Source: Octopus sinensis (Eukaryota). Taken from it: a stretch of 64,000 bases of DNA. Made by a program: the position numbers and the translations under genes. Below the pieces are notes generated by a model. The model was not told the origin of the DNA, searched no databases, and saw only the letters and a list, made by a program, of their open reading frames with translations. The stretch covers positions 37,758,001-37,822,000 of the forward strand of contig NC_043004.1 in the NCBI RefSeq assembly GCF_006345805.1. Reading direction: 5' to 3'. Positions within the stretch are counted from its first letter, which is position 1; each line of letters starts with the position of its first letter. Below, in pieces: positions 1 through 37,500 of the stretch.

Positions 1-86
1 GATGAGTTGCAGTTATTTACATTCATAAATATTAGCAACAAAACCTAGGTACATAGGTAATTGTTTTATTTTGTATATTTTCATAG

Positions 87-147
87 GTCTTGCTCATTTT
101 TACATTCTGGCATTTGGTGAAATTTTCTTGAGAACACACTCTTCATG
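87..147 (+). CDS. Possible orphan internal exon of an upstream gene (unassigned)
   Basis: ttttcatAG acceptor, 61 bp open in one frame (GLAHFYILAFGEIFLRTHSS), GTAAGG donor; no homology recognised. Confidence 0.25.
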
Positions 148-234
148 GTAAGGCAATTGGACTTCTATTTTTAGTATATTAGGAATCCACTTTGGTGGTC
201 ATTCCTCTTAATAATGTATGTATATATATATATA

Positions 235-423
235 TATTATAAAGGGGGCTGGTTTGTGGGGTTACCCTGGGTTTCTAGGTTTAGCCTTATGACGTATCTT
301 CAGACTCCAAATGCTGCTGGTCTTAGGCCAGCAGTGTTTGGGATCTAAAGATACGCCATAAGGCTAAACCCCTTATGAGTGAGAAACCTAGGGTAACCCT
401 GTAAACCAACCCCCTTTATAATA
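235..423. mobile_element. Fold-back MITE (~190 bp, almost entirely palindromic)
   Basis: Left arm tattataaagggggctggttt...aggtttagccttatgacgtatctt..tgctgctgg is the reverse complement of right arm ccagcagtg..aagatacgccataaggctaaacc...aaaccaaccccctttataata; TA-rich flanks. Confidence 0.75.
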
Positions 424-468
424 TTAACTGCTCTATATCTTAGATTGTGCTTCTTCCCCAGAATTATT

Positions 469-472
<4 letters not shown>

Positions 473-541
<69 letters not shown>
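473..541. repeat. (TC)n(TA)n compound microsatellite
   Basis: Directly visible. Confidence 0.95.
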
Positions 542-544
<3 letters not shown>

Positions 545-1149
545 TACATTTTAGTATTAATAACTTATATATACATGTAATTACTGCTCTACAGTGATGG
601 GAAATGATAATTTCTTTTCTTTCAAGTCATCATATGAATTGTGATAACACAGTGACCCCAACATAGAAATTAACTTTCACAAGCTTTCAATTTCTTCAAC
701 AACTTCAAACAAATACAAGAGGATACTGGAATCAATATAATTTGGTTGATGCTGGATTAAACTTATAATTTGGATAAATGTTTTTACTGATGTGTCTGTA
801 TAAAGTAACATCATGCAGAGTAAGAGAGGAAAAACAAAAAGGCAAAATGCCATCTTGCTGTCTTAAAAACTACTATTCGACAATGTATTAAAAATACTTT
901 TCCATCGTTGAAATCTTCGATAATAGAATGGCTTGAAAACCACATATTGATAAAAGAAAATATACAAAACTTAATTTTTATTTTAGAATTTTCTTGATAG
1001 TGTGGGCCTTGATAATAATTTTCTTTTAGTAATAGTTACATACTCCAAGAACATGACTACTAACAAGTGACAGAATACACTCTTAACATTTTCTCTAACA
1101 ATTTCTAACATAGCAGTGTTTCCATTTTTGGTGTTGAACAGCAACTAGA

Positions 1150-1706
1150 CTTCCAGTAGAGCAAGTGCATGATATTGATAGACTTCGATGATACCCCTCT
1201 GAATTCAATGATTCTACCCAAAGAACTTGTAGGGCACACTATCGAAGGCTTTTTTGGAATCAATAATTTTGACTATAAGAAATTCCCTAATCCGTAGAAG
1301 AGTGAGTATTTATTCTATGCAAGGCCTCCCGTTTGGAAAACCCATTTGATAATCACTGACATATTTGTCTGTCGCATTGTTCAAGAGATTTCAAAATTTG
1401 TTCATCTTAACGCTATCAAAGGCCATTCAGTAATCCACAAAAGTGATACACAGAGGAAGCTTGTATTTGTTCTCTCATTCTATGAACTATGCTAGAGTGA
1501 ATACTTGATCTATCATTCTACAGTTCTTACAGAAGCCAGCTTGCTCTCTCGGCTGTTGGAGGTCGAGGTGTTTGCTGACTATCAGCTTCATAAACAGCTG
1601 ATGGAAGTGAGACAAGAGGTACATGGGGTGATAGTTTCTTAAATCTCCTTTATCACCTTTCTTATGAAGCAGGATGGTAGTTGACTTTTTCCATGTTTTC
1701 AAATTT
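1150..1706 (-). mobile_element. Degraded non-LTR retrotransposon RT fragments (RTE-like)
   Basis: TWKKSTTILLHKKGDKGDLRNYHPMYLLS...QPREQAGF, then LPLCITFVDY*MAFDSV and a second KKAFDSVP motif. Confidence 0.8.
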
Positions 1707-1885
1707 GTTTATCAAATACAGTTCTATATTTAAGAGATGAGGAATTATGTACGTCATTTATATTATTTACATTTGACTGATATTTGTCCTCATCTAGTTT
1801 GTTGTTAACACATTTCACCTGATATACCTTCCAGCTTTCATCAGGTGTTTTGGGGAAATTTCGAACCTGGGTTCTCATTTGTTTA
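1707..1885 (-). mobile_element. Penelope-like terminal repeat remnant with decayed hammerhead core
   Basis: Minus strand AACAC-CTGATGA-AAGCTG..CAGGT-GAAA-T-GTGTT; cleavage triplet region deleted. Confidence 0.55.
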
Positions 1886-2049
1886 TTAAAGTATTCTCAT
1901 TAAATTCACATTTAGATTCCAATCCAACACGATTCTGCTGCATAAGTGTCCTAATGTCCTTAGTTGTAGCAGTTATGTGCATTTAGTTGGTTCTGCTGCA
2001 GTACATATTCATCCAAGGTAAACATTTCTATGCAGCTTTGTTCAAGGTT

Positions 2050-3000
2050 TTAGCTGCATGGATAAAATGGATATTTTTCAACGAAATATTCTACAAATAT
2101 GCTTCAGACGGTGTAGATTCCGTTTATATTATAATTTGTTGTGGAAATTTTTTCTGGGAGAGTGGGGAGAGGAGCTTCAGAAAATTCAAAAGAGTCAGAT
2201 TTGTTTTCTCATGACTTTCAGAAAAAATGGATACTTTTAAACAAAATTTTCTATAAATACTATACAGAGTGTCTAAATTATGATTATATCAGAATTTGAT
2301 GTGAAAAGGAAAATGGGGAGCATGCACACATACATACTGGCATGCATCATAATTTTTTCAAAATTTCAAGTTTCATCTTATAGAATGCCGAGATATGAGA
2401 TATATGTCAATATGTATGTGGCTGAAGCCAGTGCCGCCTCGACTGGCTTCCGTGCAGGTGGCACGTAAAATGCACCAATCCGACCGTGGCCGATGCCAGC
2501 CTCGCCTGGCACCAGTGCAGGTGGCACGTAAAAAGCACCCACTACACTCACGGAGTGGTTGGCATTAGGAAGGGCATCCAGCTGTAGAAACATTGCCAAA
2601 TAAGACCGGAGCCTGGTGCAGCCTTCTGGGTTCCCAGATCCCCGGTCGAACCGTCCAACCCATGCTAGCATGGAGAACGGACGTTAAACGATGATGATGA
2701 TGATGATGATGATGTATGTGTGCGAGCCCACCAATTCTTTTTATTTTTCATATCAAATTCCAATATAATTGTAATCTACTCACTCATCAAAGTGTAGAAA
2801 TTTGTAAAAAAAAAAATTCACCAAAACATTTTTCTTAAGCTTCTTAGGAAACAAAACTGACTCATGTGAATTTTCCGAAATTCCTCTCACTAACCACAGA
2901 AAAATGTTTTCACAACTCATTCTGATATAACTGGAATCTACATCATCTGAAGCCTATTCGTAAAACATTTCATTAAAAAATATCCATTTTTCTGCGAGTT
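2050..3000. mobile_element. Large fold-back MITE-like element (arms ~2050-2230 and ~2855-3000)
   Basis: aaaatggatattttt..cttcaga..gtagattcc arm and its reverse complement; same family as 24390-25250. Confidence 0.6.
2405..2714 (+). mobile_element. 5'-truncated RTE 3' end with (GAT)n tail
   Basis: ggaagggcatccagctgtagaaac...ggacgttaaacgatgatgat; same terminus as the RTE copies at 28185 and 54445. Confidence 0.75.
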
Positions 3001-3369
3001 TTCTGCGACACCTTTAAAGCCAGGAACTTTTTAGCTCCTTGTCGTATACTGACCCTATGTACAAATAAAACTAAATAAAAAAAAAACCAGAAAATTCGAC
3101 ACGCCGGATTTAATGGTTCACCATGACTGCCCCAGTTTGTATAGTTCTGAAGATTTTAATACAAAAAATAAAAAGAAACTATTTATATTTCTTAATTTAT
3201 TTGTAAATATTAACTTCTAAAATCTAATTCGATAAATATCGAATCAACGATGGAACATCTAAGTGGTCACATGACCTAGAAATAGGAAATAGCAGTCAAA
3301 TTTCTTTAAAACAATCCTTACCTGTTAAACAAAAACGAACTCATTGGAAAATATACATCTTATGAAGTT

Positions 3370-5110
3370 TCTACCTATGCCTTTTCTGCAGATTGAGCAG
3401 GGCCATCTACCTAAAAGGATTTGTGATTTGTTTGCCTTCCTTAGAGCAAGGTCATCAACATAGAGGAGCTCCCGGAGGCAGCCTGTCTTAAATTTCTCTA
3501 TTATTGCCTGGAGGACTATGATGAATAAGAGGAGGTTGAGGACTTATCCTTTGTGGACCCCTACTTCTACCCGGAATTCTTCGCTATACTCATTGCCAAC
3601 CGGAAGGTTGGACCTGCAGTCACGCCTTTCGCGACACCCTTTGTACATGGCTTGTACAGCTTTCACTAACCTCTCATATTTCTCTAGTTTCCGCATTGAC
3701 CACCAGATAAGGGATCGGGGGACCCTGTCGAAAGGACTCCATGTCAGTGAAAGCCAAGTACAGAGGTTTATCTTTGGCTAGGAATTTCTCCTGCAGCTGT
3801 CTTACCAGAAATATAACATCAGTGGTGCTTCTGCCTGGCACAAACCCCAAACTGCATCTCGCCTAAACTAACTTTCTCCCTAGTTGGTTGGGCTATGACC
3901 CTCTCCGTGACTTTCATCACCCGATCCATCAATTTGATACCTCTAATTATTTCTATCTAATGCCTCATCTTTATCTTTCTAGCAGTTGGCTATGGTGCTG
4001 CTGTATGAGTCATTAGGTATGACACTTTCGTGTATCACCTGATTGACTATACGGGTGATTAGACTAGAGCCTACACCGCCAGATATTTTAAGTATCTCTG
4101 CAGTGATTCCTGATGGACCGGGAGCTCTCCCTGCCTTCATACCTTTAATTGCTTTATCTATCAAGACACTGCTGATTTGAATAGCTGGTCCCTCTGTTGG
4201 GTCGACATTTGGCAGGCTCTCTTTCTCCTGTTCATTCTCTTCATTTAGCAACCTTTCGTAATGGTGTCTCCAAGTCTCTCTCACACATTGTCTTGCAAAA
4301 TGAAACACTTCAAGTCTTTGGTCCTTACGACACAGATCATTGGCATATTTTTTCTCATCTGCTTCCCCTCTGGCTAAGTAAACCTGCCTCCTAGCTTCCC
4401 TTTTGGCGATGTGATACGGTTCCCTTCTACTACCATTCTTCCAGTTCTTCCATGCCTGTTTCTTTTCCCTAATGACCCTGTCAACTACATTGTTCCACCA
4501 CCACATTACCTTGGGTCGAGAAGGGACTTTGCACCATCCACAGATCTGGTCAGTACCCCTGAACTGGTTTTCCCATAGGAAACTTCAGTTGTCCTTCACA
4601 TTATCCTCTTTTTCATCAAAATCTTCAAGTAATACGTCTCTAAATCTCTGTCCATTCTGAGGATCCATATGCTTCCAGAACCTTCTTTTCCATGCTGGTC
4701 ATCTTCTGGGTATTCATTTAGTGCTGATCCTAAAGTCGCTAACTAGTAACCTATGTTGTGGGCTGCATTCTTCGACTGGGAAGGTTTTGGCATTTATAAG
4801 TAGCTATCTTTCCCATTTCCTAGCAAGAATGTTGTCAATCTGACTAGTGTGTCCATCAGACTGGTAGTTGACTGGCAGGTTTCTTGAAGTTAGTATTACA
4901 GATCATAAGATCATTTGCATCACAGAACTCCAGCAGCCTGGTTCCCTCCTCATTGCGGGAGCCAAGTTTGTAGCCATCAACATGCCCGTTGAAGTTGCTA
5001 TCTACAAAGAGAAGGTCCCTGTCATTCGTCGACGAGTAGTCTGCAAGATGGTGTCATAAAATCGGTCTTCTGTTCATCAAGTAGCCCTGGTTGAGGGGCA
5101 TAAGCCAAGA
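3370..5110 (-). mobile_element. RTE-clade LINE fragment (APE endonuclease C-terminus plus RT N-terminus), frameshifted
   Basis: [54 protein letters not shown] motifs; paralogous to 28185-30692 and 57745-60214. Confidence 0.9.
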
Positions 5111-5515
5111 TAATGGTTGCTAATTCATGTTTCAGTACTAGTCTAGGCTTAAGTATTCTATCACAGACTCTGACAACCTAGATTACCTTATTAACCCATT
5201 TCTCCGCAAGAAGTATACCCACACCCCAACCTTATCAGTGTATTTCATCCGGGTATTAGTGTATTTAGTGTTACTGACTGCTGTTGTATGATGAGAAAGA
5301 AAGAAAGAACGAGAGAAAGAGAGAATGAGATAATAATGGCGGGAAATGAATTACTGCTCGAGAAGCAGGTCACTTCCCAGCAATACTATATCTAGGTCTT
5401 CTCACCCACCTACACAAATACCACAGTCAACAAATTTTGACATGTACATATATATATAACTCTTCAATAAATTAGAATAAAGTTCACAAATAGAACACTA
5501 CTCGAAGCGTTAAGA

Positions 5516-31006
<25,491 letters not shown>

Positions 31007-31024
31007 ACACGACATACATAAATG

Positions 31025-31030
31025 AATAAA
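31025..31030 (+). terminator. Candidate polyadenylation signal of copy A
   Basis: AATAAA 19 nt after the stop; further copies nearby. Confidence 0.45.
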
Positions 31031-31202
31031 GATATTTTGTTCTGTTGAAACTAAAGAAAAACAATTATCTTTAAATGAGAAAACTGCTGTAACTAAATAA
31101 ATAATTTCAATAAAATTGAATCTATATTTGAGGATTGATTCTTTTTTTTTTTTTGCATTTCGAACTAATACCAGATATAGGAATTCAACTCTTCATCCTT
31201 AA

Positions 31203-31421
31203 CCCTTTTGTTACCAACCCGGCTGAAAGTGGCTCTGGCTCTGTAGTACAAATGTCTTGTTTTCATAAGTTTTGAATTAAAATCTTCCACCAAACCTTAG
31301 TCATAATTAATGTTCCTAACACTAGCTTAATGATAACTAAGTTATTTTACTAAATTCTTTGTTATATCTGAAATAATTGTGAGAAACAGAGCATCTCAAA
31401 ATAAATACAGTAACAAAAGGG
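31203..31421. mobile_element. piggyBac-type MITE
   Basis: TTAA|CCCTTTTGTTAC...GTAACAAAAGGG|TTAA. Confidence 0.9.
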
Positions 31422-32087
31422 TTAAATGATGTCTCAAGGGGTCAAACATGACATAGGAGGTTCACTTTCACTGGATGTTCATGTTTAGTTTTTTTTTTAT
31501 ATCCTTTTATTCTTCAATTAGTTTCAGCCAGAGACAGTCACCATGTTGGGGCTTTGCCATTAAAAATGTATCCCATGCAACCAAGCTGTCATCTTTGCCT
31601 TGTCCTCCATTTTGGGCAAGTGGTTAAAACAAACAATGATCTGCGCTTTTGTCGGTCTAATCAAGCTCGAAGTGGTGGACATCCTGAAGAGTGCTGCAAG
31701 CCTAATGGCAGACATTGAAGTTGTGCAGCATATAATTACACACGCACACACTTGTACAGGGTCCTGTCACCTGTGATCAGGTGAGAAGTAGTGAAGAGAG
31801 GTGAGCACCATGTCAGCAGAAACAGGATGACCTCGTACGAACAGATGGACAGAGACCGACCGCAGTGGTAAATGTGAAGATTCAGGTCGGCAGCATGATG
31901 GTGGCTTGAGCTTTGTTCACACACTCCTTTGTGTGATGTAAATCAGCATTTTACAAAATTTAGGACTTATGTAGTTAATACAGATTTCTTTGATCTAAGA
32001 ATAAGAATGAGAGATTTCACAGGATTTTCAACATTGTTTGGAATATATACTTTCAGCTCAGTTAACAATAAATTCCACACTATTTAT

Positions 32088-32706
32088 ATATGGTCACTCT
32101 CTTATATTTATGTATAAAATGTGTCGTAATCCGGGTTTTTTATGCTTAAGCTACTTGGTGGTAAATGGATGTGCTATTAAATTAGTACCCAATTTTCTCA
32201 CCCTTATCTGTTGATTGTAATTACACTGCATTTAATTTTGGATGTAGTATTTGTTTCCGTGAATTTTGGCGGGCGATGACAGGGGCACTTGAATTATAAC
32301 AGCGAGTACAATCGACTCGACCACACGTACGTTTATCGTTATGGTGAAGTCTAGCGTGCGATCGGGTAAATTGTATTCTGGACGGGTTCGGCTGAGAAGC
32401 TACAGATAAATTTATGTAAGTAAAACCACATAATTTATTAATAGCGAAACAATTGTCTTGAACTAATCTACATTTTGTTATGTTTATTTGCGCTGGTAGT
32501 AGTGCTAACTTTCAACGGAAACAATTTCTTTTGTGGCTGAAACCTTGCGGATCTATTTTTAGTGCTAGAGTAGACCACATGGTGGTCACTCTCTTATATT
32601 TATGTATAAAACGTGTTGTAATCCGGGTTTTTTATGCACTAAGCCACTTGGTGGTAAATGGATGTGCTATTAAATTAGTACCCAATTTTCTCACCCTTAT
32701 CGGTTT
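32088..32706 (+). mobile_element. Non-coding partial tandem (period ~492 bp) containing a type I HHR with one core lesion; ends at (TA)n
   Basis: ~118-bp direct repeats 32091-32208 and 32583-32701; HHR fold at 32386-32463. Confidence 0.7.
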
Positions 32707-33025
32707 ATATATATACATATATATATAATTAGAGATAAAACCACTATTAGGCAAATCAAACAGTGAAAAAGATAAACCAATACATAGAAATAAAATTAAT
32801 TAATATAATATATAAAATATGTAAAATATAAAATTCAAAATTGAAACTATTTAAATTTAAAGTTGAAATTTAAAAAAAAATTATTTAAATTATTAATTTA
32901 AACTTACAAATTAATTATCAATATGAATAGTTAATTTTTTGTTTTTTGTTTTGTAAAATATTTATGTAATTAGATATTGACTATAACTGAGATTAGATTA
33001 TTTGTGGGTTTCTTACAACAAAAAA

Positions 33026-33520
33026 TATTTGTTCACTCATTCTATGAACTATGCTAGAGTGAACACTTGATCTATCATTCTACAGTTCTTACAGAAGCCA
33101 GCTTGCTCTCTCAGCTGTTGGTGGTCGAAGTGTTTGCTGATTATCAGCTTCGTAAACAGCTGATAGAAGTGAGACAAGAGGTACATGGGGTGATAGTTTC
33201 TTAAATCTCCTTTATCACCTTTCTTATGAAGCAGGATGGTAGTTGACTCTTTCCATGTTTTCAAATTTTTTATTTTTCATATCAAATTCCAATATAATTG
33301 TAATCTACACACTCATCAGAGTGTAAAAATTTGTAAAAAACCACAATGCACCAAAACATTTTTCTTAAGCTTCTTAGGAAACAAAACCGACTCATGTGAA
33401 TTTTCCGAAATTCCTCTCACCAACCACAGAAAAATGTTTTCACAACTCATTCTGATATAACTGGAATCTACATTATCTGAAGCCTATTCGTAAAAGATTT
33501 CATTAAAAAATATGCATTTT
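33026..33520. repeat. Duplicate of the copy A upstream block (1465-1706 joined to 2738-3000)
   Basis: ~95% identical by eye; lacks the intervening ~1 kb. Confidence 0.85.
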
Positions 33521-33705
33521 TCTGCGAGTTATGAGGACACAATCGGGGTGGGTGCACACTAGTGTGGATATTGCTTCCCAGCCACATGGCTCCGGGTTCA
33601 GTCCCACTGCGTGGCACTTTGGGCAAGTGTCTTCTAGTATAGCCTGGGGCCGACCAAAGCCTTGAGTGGATTTGGTAGACAGAAACTGAAAGAAACCCGT
33701 CGTAT

Positions 33706-33761
<56 letters not shown>

Positions 33762-33782
33762 TATATATATACACATATATAA

Positions 33783-33819
<37 letters not shown>

Positions 33820-34186
33820 GTTGGTTTGTTTGCATCCCTGTAACCAAACAGTTAGATGGAAAAAAAAAAAAAAGAAGCCCCCAGTGCCAGGCTTTAAAAA
33901 ATAAGTACTAAGGTCGATTCGTTCGACTTACACCCTTCAAGGCAGTGCTACATCATGGCTATAGTCAAATGACTGAAACAAGTAAGAGATACCGTCCGAA
34001 AAAAAAAAGAAGCATATTGTAAGATATAGAGCAGTATATATTAAAGATAGGTAAGGCCGGTTTATGGGATTACCTTGGGTTTCACGTTTATAAAGGGACG
34101 CAGAGAGAGTCTATACATAGGATCCCTCGCAACAATGTAAACAAATTAAGACCGGTGAAACTTCATAATCAGTAGACCATGTTATA

Positions 34187-34417
34187 TATCTCTTTACTAC
34201 CCACAAGGGGCTAAACATAGAGGGGACAAACAAGGACAGACAAACGGATTAAGTCGATTATATCGACTCCATTGCGTAACTGGTACTTAATTTATCGACC
34301 CCGAAAGGATGAAAGGCAAAGTCGACCTCGGCGGAATTTGAACCCAGAACGTAGCGGCAGACGAAATACGGCTATGCATTTCGCCCGGCGCGCTAATGTT
34401 TCTGCCCTCTCGCCGCC
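34187..34417 (-). mobile_element. SINE family B immediately upstream of the copy B promoter
   Basis: Reverse complement of 23697-23917. Confidence 0.85.
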
Positions 34418-34429
34418 CTCCAGTAGGAG

Positions 34430-34486
34430 TATAAAGAGGCCACTACTGTCCTACACAGTCATTGGTTTATATAATAAACCAATGAC
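34430..34486 (+). promoter_or_regulatory. Candidate core promoter of copy B: TATAAA plus 13-bp palindrome with two inverted CCAAT boxes
   Basis: TATAAA 34430-34435; GTCATTGGTTTAT-ata-ATAAACCAATGAC 34458-34486; ATG at 34537. Confidence 0.45.
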
Positions 34487-34536
34487 CTAAACAAAATCAG
34501 ACATACACTGATACAACGTTGTTCACACTAGGCAGA

Positions 34537-34554
34537 ATGGTTCAAGTAGCTGTG
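34537..34554 (+). CDS. CBR1: CBR1-like B exon 1 (MVQVAV)
   Basis: gcagaATGGTTCAAGTAGCTGTG|gtaagt. Confidence 0.85.
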
Positions 34555-37500
34555 GTAAGTCTCTTAAAATTGTTAACTTCATACGCATACATTTATTCGA
34601 ATCCAAATAGTTATTAAATTTGTTTAATAGTAATTTTGTACTCGAAAAACATAAAGAAAAGTAATAACCGACCAGTTAAATGCGCTTGCCTTTGATGTGC
34701 TTATGCAGGCTTAATGTTTTCGTTAAGGACTCGTGCTTTTATAAGAGCTTTAAATCTGTACTACCGATTTGTTATCGTTGCCATTAGGTACCAAATGAAT
34801 CTTGATCCAGCCAACCGTGACCATTCCGTCTATTATTCAAACAATCTCTATTCCTTAACCGTCGAGAAGAAGGTCACGCGTTACGTGACTTTTTAAAAAA
34901 TACTTTTTAAAAACCAGACAAAACCAAGTAATGTCGGTAGTGTTATCTATACAGGTTTGCATTTTAGTACAGATACAACATCGGTTTTCTTGAAACTTTG
35001 GCTACAAGGCTTTTCCGGATTTCTGCTTTTTCCAAACTAAGGGTAGTCACCTTGGTCAGCACATTGTAAATTAAACAAAGGAACCACCACTTTAATATAA
35101 ATGATACAAGCTTATTAATATGATACTGTGGAATGTAACAGTAAACTAATTGGGTAACCGCAGGAATTTGAAGTCCCTGCTTGTAAATTGGTGCGGATTA
35201 TAAGATGTTCCAGACAATTAATGCCCAGAAAGTTAGTGTTGTATCACAGTATATGATGTGTTATTTCTACTACATTGAGTTACTATATACAGGCTCTCTA
35301 GTTTCACCTAATTAAGGTGAAGCGATAGCTGTCACTGCCTCGTGAGAAAGAAAAGAGCTCAAATTTCTAAAAAATGAAATTTTTAGGTGGGGTTGGCATT
35401 CTTTCAATATAATTCGACACAATCAAAACATCTGACAACATTTGACTTCGGGTATTTCCGAATTATTATTCCCATTCTAACAAATGGTATTTTAAATATA
35501 AAAGCGGCAAGCTGGAAGAATCGTCAGCACGCCCCACAAAATGCTGGTCGCTTCACTCGTCACTAATCATTAAGCGGACCCTGGCTCGGATTAATATCCC
35601 CTCAGTTCTGGAGCCGTCGGGGTTATCCAGAAGTAATGGAAGGAGACCAGATGGTTTTACCCTCTGTCCCTGGGTTAGAGGTAGGTGTCTCATTTGGGAC
35701 GCCACAGTTTGCGATTCATTTGCTCCCGCCCCTATCCTGAATACTGCAGTTAATGTGAGGGTCACTGCTTTTGTAGTCGAACGGAAGAAAACCCTGAAGT
35801 ATCGGGACCTGACAGTAAACTATCTCTTCCAACGTGTAGGGTTTGAGACGTTCGGAGGGACTGGGCCACTAGCCACGAAGTTCTTGTTAATGTTGGCAGC
35901 TCGCCTCACCAAGGTACCCGTGAGGGTGCTTGGCTTTCTTAACGCCATCGCCCGTGGTAATACTGCGAACGTGCTAGCTTGCTTCAGTCGGTTCCACTAA
36001 ACTTTGTGGTGTGCGACCAGTTGCTGTGATAAAAAAAAAAAAATCCCCACAAATAGTTTCAATACAGATTTTAAAAAAAGATTTGGAAGAATTAGATGAA
36101 AGTTCTCTGGTAATTTTCTTTCTTGGTGCATAATTATTGCGGCTTTTTTCAACACACTTTTTTTTTAACAAAAATAATGACAATATTTAACAAAAACATC
36201 TTTAAATGATGGTCTGACCGTCTGCCAAGCAAATGAGAAGCAGTAATTGAAATAGATGGTGAATATACTCCGGAATCTTCATTTAAAGATGTTTTTGTTA
36301 CATGTTATTGTTTTTGTTGAATAAAATTTGTTGAAAAAATGCCGCAGTAATTATGCACCAACCCAATAAATAAATGTTTATGTTAATTGAAAAATTTGCC
36401 AGCAAAATCTTATAAAATGCAATATTCTAAAAGATGTATATGTTTATATGTTATATATAAAAATAAGAATATTGCATCATTATAAATATATTTGTTGTGG
36501 CTTCATACAAGGGAAGTTACGATTCTAAAAGGAATTTTTCCTCACTTCTTGAAGTGGTAATAGTTGGCGTAAACTTTATCAAAATTTGCTATTCGCGTTT
36601 TTTCGTTTTTGTTTCCTGTTAAGGATTTATAATCCTTTATTATTATTATTATTGTTGTTGTTTTGAATATATATCAGTTACTGTGTATTGTTAGCGATTG
36701 TGCTAGTATTACACATTGCCTTAATTATTCAAAAATTATATGGCTATATGGCGAAGTTTCGTATGCCTATAGGCGAACCGAAACTATGCCAATTATATTT
36801 ACTTTTAACTTAATTGTATTTCAGGGAAGTAGTTTAGCAATAACGTTAGAAAAAAAAAGGGTGGGTCAAAAAGGTGTATACACACAATTGCAGACTACAA
36901 TAAAGAATACTGGTTTTACCCGTTAAAAAATGTGTGGGTAACCCCAAGTACTCGGGGTGTTGATGTGGGTCATAACAGAGGCAGTATCGGTGGAACAGCC
37001 AAGCACCTTCACGGCCTTTCACCTGCTATAACAGAAAGATTAGGCGTTAACAATGACACATTTTCGTCCTAGGTCAGTCGGTTGATCAGAAGGTCTCGCG
37101 TTTCGATAACACAATGATTTAAATGAATCTTCTAGAACCCCACCCCACAACAAAAACAAACAAACAATTTTACCATTTTTACCTTCAACAACGACAATAT
37201 TTATCAAGGAAACATTACCGGGGTCAATTTAAACTACCGAATCATATCCGCAAATTTGTGTATTTGGTTAGAAATCCTCATCATTGATTTTGTATTCCTT
37301 TACTGAACATAAAGGTTTCCTCTACGAATCGGTGGGTAATCACTGAATTGTTAGAATCTGTTTAAAATCAAGTTTACAATCAATATTCAGTGAGGCTTTA
37401 TGTACTAAATATAATAAACTGTAACAGTCACTCAGAGATTTAAAACAAGTTGTTTTGTCTCTATAATAAACTTTATTAGCCAGGAAATATAAATGTGTGA

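Noticed and set aside
31500-31930. Possible RNase H or LINE coding remnant on the minus strand
   Set aside because: Too degenerate to assign; not a CBR exon
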